Origin: an uncultured Phycisphaerales bacterium | GTDB taxonomy: Bacteria > Planctomycetota > Phycisphaerae > Sedimentisphaerales > Anaerobacaceae | Reading direction: 5' to 3' | DNA: 64,000 nt | Assembly (NCBI GenBank): GCA_963772725.1 | Contig: CAVYYI010000003.1 | Location: forward strand, 192,001 to 256,000 | In this document: piece after piece, positions 43,301-53,506 of the stretch | Numbering within the stretch: the stretch's first letter is position 1 | Layout of the letters: every line of letters begins with the position of its first letter | Program-made: the position numbers and the translations under genes | The notes under the pieces: generated by a model | Databases searched by the model: none | What the model was told of the DNA's origin: nothing | The model's input: only the letters and a program-made list of their open reading frames with translations

Positions 43301-45750
43301 TAGTTGGACTGCTGCCTGTACAATATATCGCACCGCCGAGTGCATCCATACCATTTGTACCGCTTACGCCTGCGCCAACACCGTCAAACCCATTAACGTA
43401 CACATAACCATTTCTGATTGTAAAGCCGTCAATAATGCTATTCCGTCCTTCGCCGGTCTGGAAAATAAAGGCACGATGCGAACCCGAGGCCAGGCCCGAA
43501 CCTGTCGCTGGAACATCGATAATTGTTGATGCAACAACGGAACTGTTGCCTGGGTCAACGCTTCTTAAGAGAACAGCATTGCCTCCGAAATCCAGGTCTC
43601 CTTCATAATAAACACCGGGTTTAACCTCGATAATGTCGCCGCTGCTTGCGACACTTAACGCATAACGAATGGTGCTATACGGTGAAGGAACACTAAGGAC
43701 ATTTCCGCTGCCTGAGGTGCCGAGAGTAACAGTGGCCATATCCGACCAGGCGGTTTCGTTGCCAAGCCCATCTTTAGCCTTACACTGGAAAGTATATGAA
43801 TAATTGTCGGCAACATTGGTCGATACCGTATATGTTGCCGAACTTTGCCACACCGGGTTGCTATTGAGAGTACTTGGGTCTATACCAGGTTTTGTCGTAT
43901 TAACGCATCTAAATGAATACTGGACGCCGCTTTCATCACTGGCGGTCTTTGCCTTCATTTGAATCCTGGTTGGACTGGAAAGCTTCTTGGGCTTTTTATC
44001 CCACCGTGCAGGATCCGGGGCAGGAGAGAGGTTATCGACCGCAGCTGCCGTTGTGGCCGATAGTGAAGTTGACCAGCCTGTTTGATTTTGATTTGTCGAT
44101 TTATCGCGTGCCTTCACGCGGAAAGTATATGTCGTTCCAAGGGCAAGGTTTGTTTTTATATAAGTTACGCTGTCCTGCCAAGTACCGCTGAAGTTATGGT
44201 CCGTAACGCAATCAAACAGGTATTGAACACCACTGGTATCGGTCGCCGTAACAGCCTCCATAGCGATTGTATGCAGGCCTGTGGCTTTTGGCTCTATGCT
44301 CCACTGTGCCGGATTGGGTAAAGGCGCAGCGATATCTGCGATACTGTTAACTGCACTGCCAAGATTTACTCTTGGCTTGGTGATTGCAACTTTGGTATCC
44401 GTAATTGGTACGCCGGTAGAGGCCAGTTTTGCTCTAATCTCCGAGGGAGTAAAATAACTTCCCGTTTTTGCCTTAGCGGCAGACTGCAGGCATGCAACTG
44501 CACCAGCCGCGTAAGGACAGGCGGCGGATGTGCCGCCGAAATCAGGGGAATAATCTCCTGTTGTATATCCGGCATTGCCTGAAATATCTGAAGTATAAGC
44601 ATTGTGTGAGGGCGCAAGAATGTCAAGGATAGAAGCGGTATTTGAATAACAGGTTACTTTATCTGCCGCTGTTTGCGTATCCATGCAGATTGCAAATGCC
44701 GCTGTTCCAATTGCAGCATCATAGACGGCTCCGACACTGATAACATTCGACATTGCAGACGGCCAGGAGAGGCCGTCAGTGTAAGCCTCATTACCGGAAG
44801 ATGCCAGTATGGTAATACCTGCAGCAACGGCCATGTTAGCGGCAGATGTCATTGCGGGGTAAGCATTATCCGCTGCGACTCTACTAGAATATTTACCTCC
44901 CCCAAAGCTGGTGCTTATAACCATGATCTGGATAGCTGGGGTTGTCATTTTGATGAGTTACACACCAGTCCCATGCGGCTGCCATATCATCACTGGAGGC
45001 ACTTCCACTTGAACCTGGAGTAATTTTTAAAGCATACAATTTGGCATTATAAGCAACTCCGCCAACATAATCACCCACATTTCCTACATTACCGGCAGCG
45101 ATACCTGCGCAAGCAGTACCGTGTGCCTCATCGCCCACCGGCTTAGGGTCGGGGTCATTGTCGCCAAAATCATAACCGCCAATAACTTTGCTGTTAGGAA
45201 AACCGCCCCCGCCCAACATAGGATGGGTATAATCGATGCCGGTATCGGTAATGGCAATCGCTATCCCTTGCCCATTAAAAGAGTTCCGCGCAACAGAAGC
45301 GTTCATCAAAGGTATTCCCTGCCGCAGATGCGGGTAAAGAATTATTACCGGTTCGACAGATTCAACGGTGGGGTCATTAAGAAGTTTATTCAAACCATCG
45401 GCTGTAACTTCAGCGGAAAAGCCCGCAAGATTTTGAAAGCGATGTCTTAACTTAAATTCAGATGGAAGCATTGAGGAAAGAACCGGATTCTGGAGATTTG
45501 CTATCTTAGAACGGCGTTCGGCTCGTGACTGGAAAGATTTCCAATCCGTCTTTCCCTTGATTTCGGCGGGTTCAGCCAAAGTAATAACAACCTTGATTTT
45601 ATCCTCACCGCTCTCGAACTTACCGACCATACTCTGTGCATCGACGAGTTTTTGAGGATTGGAAAATACTTTAGCATTAGAATTTTTTGCAATGGCGACA
45701 CTTCCTATTGCAAGCACTAACGCCATCCAAAAATATGTTTTTCGCAGCAT
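34352..45750 (-). CDS. giant secreted multidomain protein (~3800 aa): signal peptide, I9-like prodomain, S8 subtilase, FN3-like repeats, three beta-helix modules, InlB-like repeats, dockerin; split by several frameshifts
   Basis: Contiguous overlapping ORFs 44893-45750, 39591-44948, 38746-39594, 37455-38783, 36932-37558, 35163-36743, 34352-35197; triad ITDTGID/HGTACAGIA/FGGTSAACP; GGAI/FxxN repeats; dockerin GDLDFDSVVDNND..GADLNLDGFVNFADL. Confidence 0.8.
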
Positions 45751-45962
45751 GATATAATCTCCACGACAATTAAGCGTTTATTTTAATATTACGGTTTCAT
45801 AGTCCTGTAATATATTCCCAGAGTGACCAGCACTCTCTTAACTTTCTCAACAGTTTTTCAGCGTTCTTTTCTCCCCTTGCTCGCTGTAAACCAACTTTTT
45901 AACCCTAAAAACGTGATTTAGGTACCATTTATAATATTTTTCGGCCAAAACGCCTTTGCTGT

Positions 45963-48911
45963 TTACCTGTTAGAGTTTTCGTTGAGAGCGGCAAGGGCTT
46001 CGGCGTCTGTTTCCTCCTGTAAAATAATAGTAGGCTTAACCAAAATTAACAGTACCTGGTTGTCTTTTCTTGAACTGTTGTTTCTAAAGAGTCTTCCCAA
46101 CAGGGGAATTTTGCTTAAAATCGGGGTTCCTATCTCAGCCTCGTTTTCGGCGAAGACTTTTTGACCGCCGAGCAGGAGTGTTCCCGTGTCAGGTACGTTG
46201 ACCCTTGTTTGAACTCTGGCAATCTCGGTTTCAGGGAGACTTACAGTGAGAGTCTGCGGCGCTTCACCGGTTGTACTTGGTATATCAAATGTCTGTGTAT
46301 TAAACCGTATTAAACCTCTTTTTTCGACAGTTATATTGAGTAAAACATGTTTTTTGTCGGGCGTAATAGTCGGCGTTACACTCAATGTCGTTCCTATAGG
46401 AATCGACTGATAATTTTGCTGGATGTTCTGTGTACTATAAGTGCTGCCGCCACCTGTACCGCCATAACTGCCGACATCCGGCGGAAGGGCATAACGAAGC
46501 GTCCTTTGGTTACGAAATACGGCGGATTCACCGCTAAGGACAGTAACTTTGGGCTCGGTAACGGTTTTGGAATTCTTATGAGCCTGTGTCATCTTTATAA
46601 TAAAACTAACCTGTAAATCATCGAGTATTGTTCCATAGCCGCCAGAAACCTGGGTTGAAAGAGCTTCAGCAAAACTTCCGGAAACATCCGTCGCATCAAC
46701 CAATGCGCCATCCAAAGAAGAATTTTTTATATCAAGAGGCGCCCATCGTGGCCCCCATGCTCCGTTTGAATTGAGTGTGGCATTGACGTTAAAGCCGATT
46801 TGTTCGAGGAAGTTTTCGCCAACTGTGAGAAATCTGGCTTCGATAGAAACCTGATGTCCGAGGCGTTCCCTGAGGCCTTTAACAAGTTTTTCAATTTCAG
46901 TATGCACCTTGCGAGTTTGATATACGATAAGTTTCTTTCGCTCGTAAATTTTTATAGTCCCCGTCCCTCCGGCATCAAACCAGCTATCCGGCTCAATTGT
47001 TTCCTGGATGAGCAATATCAGGTTATCGGCTCGCAGCTGTGCTTCGGTATCAAGCTCTTCGCTGGACTTTTGGGTCTCTTCATCCGGGAAGTATTCAACA
47101 AAGCTCGTTCCGCTGCCACCTTGTCCGCCGCCACCGCCGCCACCTTGTCCGCCGCCGCCACCACCGCCGCCATATCCACCGCCGCCGCCGCCACTGGTTC
47201 CGCCTGTGCCGCCGCCTGTGCTGCGGAAATTGGCAGGTTGTCCGACAAGTACGCTAATATCATAAATTCGAGTTTCGAGGGATTCCTGTACAGCTTCCTG
47301 TGTGGCAATTCTTATGACACCTTTATCAACGGTATAGGCAAGTTTTGCCTCCGCGGTTGAAACAGACTGCAAAAGCAGTTCAAGGACAGTAGTAAGAGAC
47401 ACCTGAGATATAGCGTTCATTCCCGAAGGAGTGGTAGGCAGAACATTTTTTTCCTGCAAATCAGTCCAGTTAACGAAAATCTTCAAAGGCGGGGCAACGG
47501 AATTTTTCAGCAACTCGATAGCATCGTTAAAGGACATTTCAGGCGATAAGCCAGGAAGGTCTACAAGTTTATTGAGTTGGTCATAAACAGCGGCATTGAG
47601 GGGGTCTTCGCCTTTTGATTCCTCAGGTTTGCGCTTGGCGTCTATTTCACGCCAGTCTTCCGAATAGCTCTGCTCTTTGGCGAATGGTGTGCCGGACTTT
47701 AGAACTTCCATGTTAAGTTTATATCTTTCCTCGCTAGACTTCTTTTGAATCTCAAGCTGTTTGCGGAAATTAACCGTGTCATCAAGTGTACTTTTAAGGA
47801 TAAGGGCCTCATTATGCTGCGGGTCAAGCGCCAGGAGGCTATCTAACTGGCCGAGAGCCTCATCGTAACGTTGCTGCTTCTGGTACGCCAGGGCGGACTG
47901 CATAAGCTCGTTAATTCTACCAGCCCGCTCAGCCTCCATACGTGTTCTATATTCTTCCTGCGCCTTTATGGCGTCCTCTTGCTTTTTCCTCTGCAATTCA
48001 TCTTCATAGTTCTTTTGATTTTGAGCGATAGTTCCGCTCTTTTCCTGAAGCTTGGCGATATATTCCTTGAAAAGCTCATCACCTAACTGCATTTGATTTT
48101 CTCTTACAGTTCGCTCTGCGTCGTCAACAACCAGTTTTGCCTTATCGAAATCCTTCTGGTCTATAAAAGCCTGCGATTTATCCAGGGCATCGTTAACAAC
48201 AGCCTTTGTGTGACTTCTCAGGATATTTCTTTTGCGAATAATAGTCTCAATATAACCGCCCTTTTCTGCGACAAGCGCTTCCTGCGGTGTTTGCGAAACA
48301 AGGAGTTTTTCCTCTATCGTGTTGGGTTCAACGGCAGCTTTAATAGCATTGGGCTCAACGACAACTATTTTAATGGCATTGGGTTCAACGGCGACTATTG
48401 GACCAACTTCCGGTTTTACCGGATACATAGTTTTTTCAACGGCTGCCAGTTTTTCTATGTTCGCAAGTTCATCTGTTATAGTCAGACGCTCCTGCTCGGT
48501 AAGAAACTCGCTGGTTTGAACTCCCTGAAGCATTGTTTTGGCCTCGTTCGACTGGCCCTGCTTAGCCATCTCTTTGGCCTGCTGAATAGAGTTTGTTATC
48601 CGCTTTCTTTCCAGAACGGCGGTATGAGCCTTATCAATGGAGCTGGCTAACTTGTCACGTTCCGCTGCGGTAAGGTATTCCTGATAGTTTTGCGCAGAGA
48701 GAAATGATTTTTCAGCCTCTTCGTACAAGCCGGCCTGATACGCTTTTGTACCGGCCTGAATGTACTGCTGAGCTACCTGGCGGACTACTTTCTGTTTGTT
48801 CTGTTCGCTTGTTTGCGCATAAACGTTCTCTGACACCGCGGTCAAGACCAAAACCGACAGCACAGCCAGCAACAAACCCTGCCTCAATATAGTTTTCTCT
48901 ACCAATTTCAT
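45963..48911 (-). CDS. secretin-family (GspD/PilQ-like) outer membrane protein with long helical N-terminus
   Basis: QVSIEARFL, TEPKVTVLSGESA, GTTLSVTPTI, VNVPDTGTLLLGG, PILSKIPLLGRLF, LLILVKPTII; signal peptide; Gly-rich linker. Confidence 0.9.
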   Translation of the reverse strand: MKLVEKTILRQGLLLAVLSVLVLTAVSENVYAQTSEQNKQKVVRQVAQQYIQAGTKAYQAGLYEEAEKSFLSAQNYQEYLTAAERDKLASSIDKAHTAVLERKRITNSIQQAKEMAKQGQSNEAKTMLQGVQTSEFLTEQERLTITDELANIEKLAAVEKTMYPVKPEVGPIVAVEPNAIKIVVVEPNAIKAAVEPNTIEEKLLVSQTPQEALVAEKGGYIETIIRKRNILRSHTKAVVNDALDKSQAFIDQKDFDKAKLVVDDAERTVRENQMQLGDELFKEYIAKLQEKSGTIAQNQKNYEDELQRKKQEDAIKAQEEYRTRMEAERAGRINELMQSALAYQKQQRYDEALGQLDSLLALDPQHNEALILKSTLDDTVNFRKQLEIQKKSSEERYKLNMEVLKSGTPFAKEQSYSEDWREIDAKRKPEESKGEDPLNAAVYDQLNKLVDLPGLSPEMSFNDAIELLKNSVAPPLKIFVNWTDLQEKNVLPTTPSGMNAISQVSLTTVLELLLQSVSTAEAKLAYTVDKGVIRIATQEAVQESLETRIYDISVLVGQPANFRSTGGGTGGTSGGGGGGYGGGGGGGGQGGGGGGGQGGSGTSFVEYFPDEETQKSSEELDTEAQLRADNLILLIQETIEPDSWFDAGGTGTIKIYERKKLIVYQTRKVHTEIEKLVKGLRERLGHQVSIEARFLTVGENFLEQIGFNVNATLNSNGAWGPRWAPLDIKNSSLDGALVDATDVSGSFAEALSTQVSGGYGTILDDLQVSFIIKMTQAHKNSKTVTEPKVTVLSGESAVFRNQRTLRYALPPDVGSYGGTGGGSTYSTQNIQQNYQSIPIGTTLSVTPTITPDKKHVLLNITVEKRGLIRFNTQTFDIPSTTGEAPQTLTVSLPETEIARVQTRVNVPDTGTLLLGGQKVFAENEAEIGTPILSKIPLLGRLFRNNSSRKDNQVLLILVKPTIILQEETDAEALAALNENSNR

Positions 48912-49316
48912 CACACCCCTCCGAAACAAAGATTATAAAAGATTTCTCAAACTAACAACAAACCTATCTCCTTTTTTCAAAATAGGTAATTTCGATATGG
49001 TTATTATATGGGAAATTAGGTACTTTTGCAAGCAAAAAAAATGTTTACAGCCTTTTGACCTATTTTATCCTCATCCGTAACCTGTTTAGGTCCTATATAC
49101 CACTGATTATTAGAGCGGAAAACCCAAACTTCCGCCGGGATTATAATATTGTTTCAATTTGTTTCAAGAAAATTATTTTTATTATTTTCGCAAAAAATAC
49201 GAAATGGCGCTACTGATAAGGGGATTTTCTGAAGTGTACCGCTATTTTTTAATGCAGCCGGATAAAATAAGTACAGAAAAACTGCGTGGTCAGTATTAGT
49301 GAAATATGTCGGATTT

Positions 49317-50474
49317 TTAATCGGTTATTACGGCGGATTTCCCGAGCCAACATGCCCTGCCCGCAATTATTTCCTGGTTCAGCCTTTGCAAGTCGTCCAT
49401 ATATTTGTTGAAAAGCTGTTCTCCTATGTATCCCCGATTCTTTGACAAATCGTCGCCGGCTTCCTGAAGAGCCTTTTTTGCCCAGTAAAACTTACCCTCG
49501 ACGATATTATTTTCGACGCTTTTCATCGCGTCTTTGACTACGGCATTGGCATAACTGCGAATAAGTTTTTCTTTGCAGCTTACAGGCGGTTCGAAGGTAA
49601 CATTGTTTCTATCAGTTAACTGACCGGCAGCATCGAGCGACGCGGGGACATCTGATTGTTGAGTCGGCAGGAGTTCTGCTGTCTTAACATCGGCGCCGGC
49701 AACCTGCTCAATCAATTGACTTTCAAAAGCCGAGATGACAGGCTTTGTGCCGTCATCCACAGGCGGCGGAAGCTTGGCCTGAGCAATCATCGCCGCGTTT
49801 ATTTTTAAAAGGTAGTCTTCCGCGGAAATCCCCTGGCGTGACTCAAGAAGACCGGCGGAAGCGACTTTAACGAAGCCCTCGCGTGCCTTGTCGAACTGAC
49901 CCGCGTTATATAATTCAACACTGCTGTCATAAAGCGCGGCAAGCTCCTTTTTACGGTCGGCAATTTTAGCGTCCAGAAGGGCAAGATTTTCAGCGATTCG
50001 CGTTTTCTCGGCGACTGTAAGCACTTTTTTATCTTTAACAAATTCAAGATGCGCTTTAGCCTTTAGATATTCGCTATTTTTGAGAAGCGTCTCGGAGATT
50101 CTAATATGTTCAAGAATCGGGGCCCTCTCGCTTAACGCCACACGTGTATCGTTAAGAGTCCTGCTTAACTCCATCTGCTCTGCGATGGTTAAATACGTTT
50201 GATGCTTCTGTGCGCTGAGCAGGTACTGCTGCGCCTGTATGTAGAAGTCCCGCTGGTACAGTCTCATTCCAACTTCATACAATTCTTTGGCTACACGGCT
50301 TTCAACCTGCTGTTTATCCGTCATCTGTTTACCCGCTGCTGCTCCGGAGTTCCAGAAGAAAGCCATTGAAACATCAGGCATAATAACTGTTGCAAGCAGC
50401 ACCGAAAAAACAACCAAACCTTTTCCGGGGGTAAGTGAAGTTGAGGACGCTGTTTCGTTTCTTTTTAAGGCCAT
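49317..50474 (-). CDS. helical secreted protein paralogous to the N-terminal region of the downstream secretin
   Basis: RVAKELYEVGMRLYQRDFYIQAQQYLLSAQKHQTYLT vs secretin RQVAQQYIQAGTKAYQAGLYEEAEKSFLSAQNYQEYLT; second shared block near its C-terminus. Confidence 0.75.
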   Translation of the reverse strand: MALKRNETASSTSLTPGKGLVVFSVLLATVIMPDVSMAFFWNSGAAAGKQMTDKQQVESRVAKELYEVGMRLYQRDFYIQAQQYLLSAQKHQTYLTIAEQMELSRTLNDTRVALSERAPILEHIRISETLLKNSEYLKAKAHLEFVKDKKVLTVAEKTRIAENLALLDAKIADRKKELAALYDSSVELYNAGQFDKAREGFVKVASAGLLESRQGISAEDYLLKINAAMIAQAKLPPPVDDGTKPVISAFESQLIEQVAGADVKTAELLPTQQSDVPASLDAAGQLTDRNNVTFEPPVSCKEKLIRSYANAVVKDAMKSVENNIVEGKFYWAKKALQEAGDDLSKNRGYIGEQLFNKYMDDLQRLNQEIIAGRACWLGKSAVITD

Positions 50475-50570
50475 AACAAAAAACCCTCTGAAAAATTTGC
50501 TTTTTATACAGTTAAACGATAATATCTTCTTAAAATCTGTTAAAATAATCGGTAAATTAAGTGAAAAATA

Positions 50571-51386
50571 ATGAAGAAAAATACTGACAAATCAGGCTAT
50601 GCAGAGCAGGATAAAGAGGCTTTCCGCCCGCCTTGTAAGGGGGAAATAAGCCCAAAACCGTTGATATTAGTACTGGAAACATCGGGTCGAAAGGGTTCGA
50701 CTGCGTTGGCGTGCGGTGAAGAATTACTTGAAGAAAGAATTTTTTTTTCTCCGATGAAGCACAGCGCAGAGCTTTTCCCTGCGATTTACGGTCTTCTGGA
50801 GCGGCACGGCAAGACGCCGAAATCAATAGACCAGGTTTACATCTCTGTTGGGCCAGGTAGTTTTACAGGCCTGAGAATTTCTGTTACTTTTGCCAAAACT
50901 ATGCACCTGGCCACGAAAGCGAAGATTGTCGCGATTGATACCCTCGATACAATTGCCCGCAACGCCGATGATTATATGAAAAACGAAGACTCGAACCTGT
51001 CAAGAATAGGTGTCGTTCTTGACGCTAAACGTGGCCAGTTTTTCGCGGCGGCGTATGAAAATCGAGATGGAGTATGGCACAAAATCCTGCCCGACAGCCT
51101 GATGACCCCTGAGCAGTTTATCGAACATTTCAAGGATGAACAGGGGCCTTTATGGTTGCTCGGTGAGGGGCTTGTATATTATAAGGACAGCTTCAAGGCT
51201 GATTTCATAAGGTTTCTGGACGAAAAATACTGGTGGCCTTTAGCATCGAAAGTGCATCTTCTGGGCTGGGAAAAGGCTGCCGCGGGCGAATTTGCCGACC
51301 CGCTGAGCTTAGTTCCGTACTATTTAAGAGGCCCGGACGCCATTGCTAAACCACAAATGCCGAGCCTGAAGCACGAAACAAAATAA
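50571..51386 (+). CDS. tsaB: tRNA threonylcarbamoyladenosine biosynthesis protein TsaB
   Basis: LETSG, HSAELFP, GPGSFTGLRI, DAKRGQFF, LVPYYLR; true start may be downstream. Confidence 0.92.
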   Translation: MKKNTDKSGYAEQDKEAFRPPCKGEISPKPLILVLETSGRKGSTALACGEELLEERIFFSPMKHSAELFPAIYGLLERHGKTPKSIDQVYISVGPGSFTGLRISVTFAKTMHLATKAKIVAIDTLDTIARNADDYMKNEDSNLSRIGVVLDAKRGQFFAAAYENRDGVWHKILPDSLMTPEQFIEHFKDEQGPLWLLGEGLVYYKDSFKADFIRFLDEKYWWPLASKVHLLGWEKAAAGEFADPLSLVPYYLRGPDAIAKPQMPSLKHETK

Positions 51387-51424
51387 AAAAGAATCTAAAC
51401 AAATGTGGCTTGATTTCCAGAGAA

Positions 51425-51850
51425 TCAATTCATTTTAGCTTTGGCTTGTCTTTCTTTTCTTCTTTCTCTTGTGCCATAAATAAATACAGAAACTAAGCCA
51501 ACTAAACCCGCAGACCCAAGAAATGAACCCGACCACTCATGCCCATGTAATACCACAATACCGCCCATAATAATTGTTGCTATGCCTAATAAAAACGCAA
51601 ATATAACGCCCAACAGGCTATTTCTCGAATCTGTATTTATTGCTTTAGTTTCAAGGCTTCTACGGTGCATACTTTGTTCTTCGGCCATTTTCATAATGCG
51701 TTCAGCACCATTAGGTATAATCTCATTATATTCTTTTAGTGTTGTGGGTGGTGGTAAAGGTCCCTGAAATTGCTGATGCATTGCAATTACTTGCTTAGAC
51801 ATTGGAGGTTGCTGGTTTTGTGAGGATAAGGAATTACTGTGCTTTGACAT
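51425..51850 (-). CDS. DUF2335-like membrane protein (often phage-associated)
   Basis: FQGPLPPPTTLKEYNEIIPNGAERIMKMAEEQSMHR plus two TM helices. Confidence 0.85.
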   Translation of the reverse strand: MSKHSNSLSSQNQQPPMSKQVIAMHQQFQGPLPPPTTLKEYNEIIPNGAERIMKMAEEQSMHRRSLETKAINTDSRNSLLGVIFAFLLGIATIIMGGIVVLHGHEWSGSFLGSAGLVGLVSVFIYGTRERRKERQAKAKMN

Positions 51851-52073
51851 TAGCGATTGTCTTAAATTGTTCAGTAGCTTTGGATATATCCATACCGGTT
51901 ATAGCCCAATCAGAACTAAGGGCACGATAATCAGCAATATTTGGGGTATTTGAACGATTATATTCGCTCACTAAAACACCACACAGATCTATTGCTTCTG
52001 CCATCCCGCCCCAAAAACTAGGCCTTGCATATAAAAAATCTGTTCCCATTTTTATCCTTTCTTCGAGCGCCAT
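51834..52073 (-). CDS. small hypothetical protein overlapping the DUF2335-like gene
   Basis: FLYARPSFWGGMAEAIDL..ADYRALSSDWAITGMDI; 17-bp overlap with the next gene. Confidence 0.7.
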   Translation of the reverse strand: MALEERIKMGTDFLYARPSFWGGMAEAIDLCGVLVSEYNRSNTPNIADYRALSSDWAITGMDISKATEQFKTIANVKAQ

Positions 52074-52436
52074 TATAATCTATTTCGGCCAAAAGTAACT
52101 TTATTTTCTAAGAAATCTTTAGCTTTTCTAAGTTTATTATGTAAATTATGCGATATTTGTTCAAAAAAAGCAAGTCAAGAATTGCCTTATTTTAAACTGC
52201 TCTGTTTCTAAAGTATATCCGGTTAATATTTGCTACCGCTAACTATGGCATTCCGAATAAAATGAAGAAATTCCACGGTTGCGAGGGAAAACAACTCAAA
52301 ACTCAGACCTGGCTTAAGATTCTTAACTCATTGTCGGAAAAGACCTTATCGGCGGGTGGGATTTCGCTGCCGTCGGCTCGTAAATTTTATAAAGTTCCGT
52401 TAGTTCCGATACTCCGGGAAACCCCGCTTAATTCTT

Positions 52437-53403
52437 TCATTTGCGCTCTGCGCATTCTTGTGCGCTCACGTTGAAAACCCGATTGCACAGCGTGCATCTG
52501 CCTACCCCTGCTGTAACTCTTGCCCAGGGCGGCGTGATGAGTCTTGCCGCGCAGTGAGGGCAAACAATGTCCCCGAACTTGTCGATTTTAGCGAACTCTC
52601 CGGTATCGGGAGCACCAGAAACTTCTTTTTGCGAATAGTTATCCATACGATATTCTCCAAAGGTAAAAAACGATATTGTAGTTTATGAACGTCATAAACG
52701 CTGATTAGCCCTTTATCCGCGGGATTAAAAGAAAGGCCTTTTCCATTCGTATTTTTCGATACCCCGAGCCTGCATGTGATATGTCTGTGTTTTCCATTTT
52801 CTCTTTTTAAAAATCCGGCGGAAAAAATTTCGTTCGGGTCGATTGCCTCGAAAAAGTCCGCGAGATTATCCCTTTCAACAACCGCGCCGAAATTCGTCCT
52901 TGCGAAATTGCCCGCGTAAATCCTGTGCGCCATATCGTAAACGGCAGCGGCAATGCCGGGGGAATTATAACTGCCTAAACACTGCTTTTTGTCTAACCCG
53001 ACGCCAAGAGCTGCCTGCCATAAGTCGGGGCTTACGCGGCGAATCCCCTTAAATCCGCTTTTTGAGTATGCACCCTTATTTGCCGCATTTTGCCTTTTTG
53101 TGGCGTATCTGAGATTGACCTTTCTGTTGTCAAGACCGTTGCCGTTAAAATGGTCTATTTCGCAGCCTTTTTCCTGAGCGGCATAATTAAACGGTGCATT
53201 CTCAGGCTTTTTCCGGTTGTTGACATTGCGTAAATATTCCCATGATTTTTAGCGCCGTACCATTTGTACTTCGCGACTTTTTGATAATCGTCATAATCGA
53301 CAATCGCGAAACCGCCATTGGTAAGCGGAATCCTGACAGGCAGATGTTCCGCGATAAATCCCGATGTTTCACTGCTTTTGAAGACTCGTTTGGCAAAATC
53401 CAT
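52437..53403 (-). CDS. HNH + AP2 + SH3-like beta-barrel (+ Zn-ribbon) protein; split by frameshifts
   Basis: IPLTNGGFAIVD..MHRLIM / EIDHFNGNGLDNRKVNLRYATKRQNAAN..SGFKGI..WQA..LGSY / AAAVYDMAHRIYAGNFARTNF, then FSAGFLKRENG..VYDVHKLQYR; CPHC..CTLC ORF overlaps the 3' end. Confidence 0.7.
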
Positions 53404-53506
53404 AAAATTTCTCCCATAATTTTTTTTAATCACAGATTACACAGATTTACACTGATTTTTTCCTTTTATTTTTTAACCTGTGTTATCCGCGTAATCCGCG
53501 ATTGTT

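Noticed and set aside
47120..47225. GC-rich CCG/CCA tandem repeats
   Set aside because: They encode the Gly-rich linker of the secretin; not a CRISPR array or separate element
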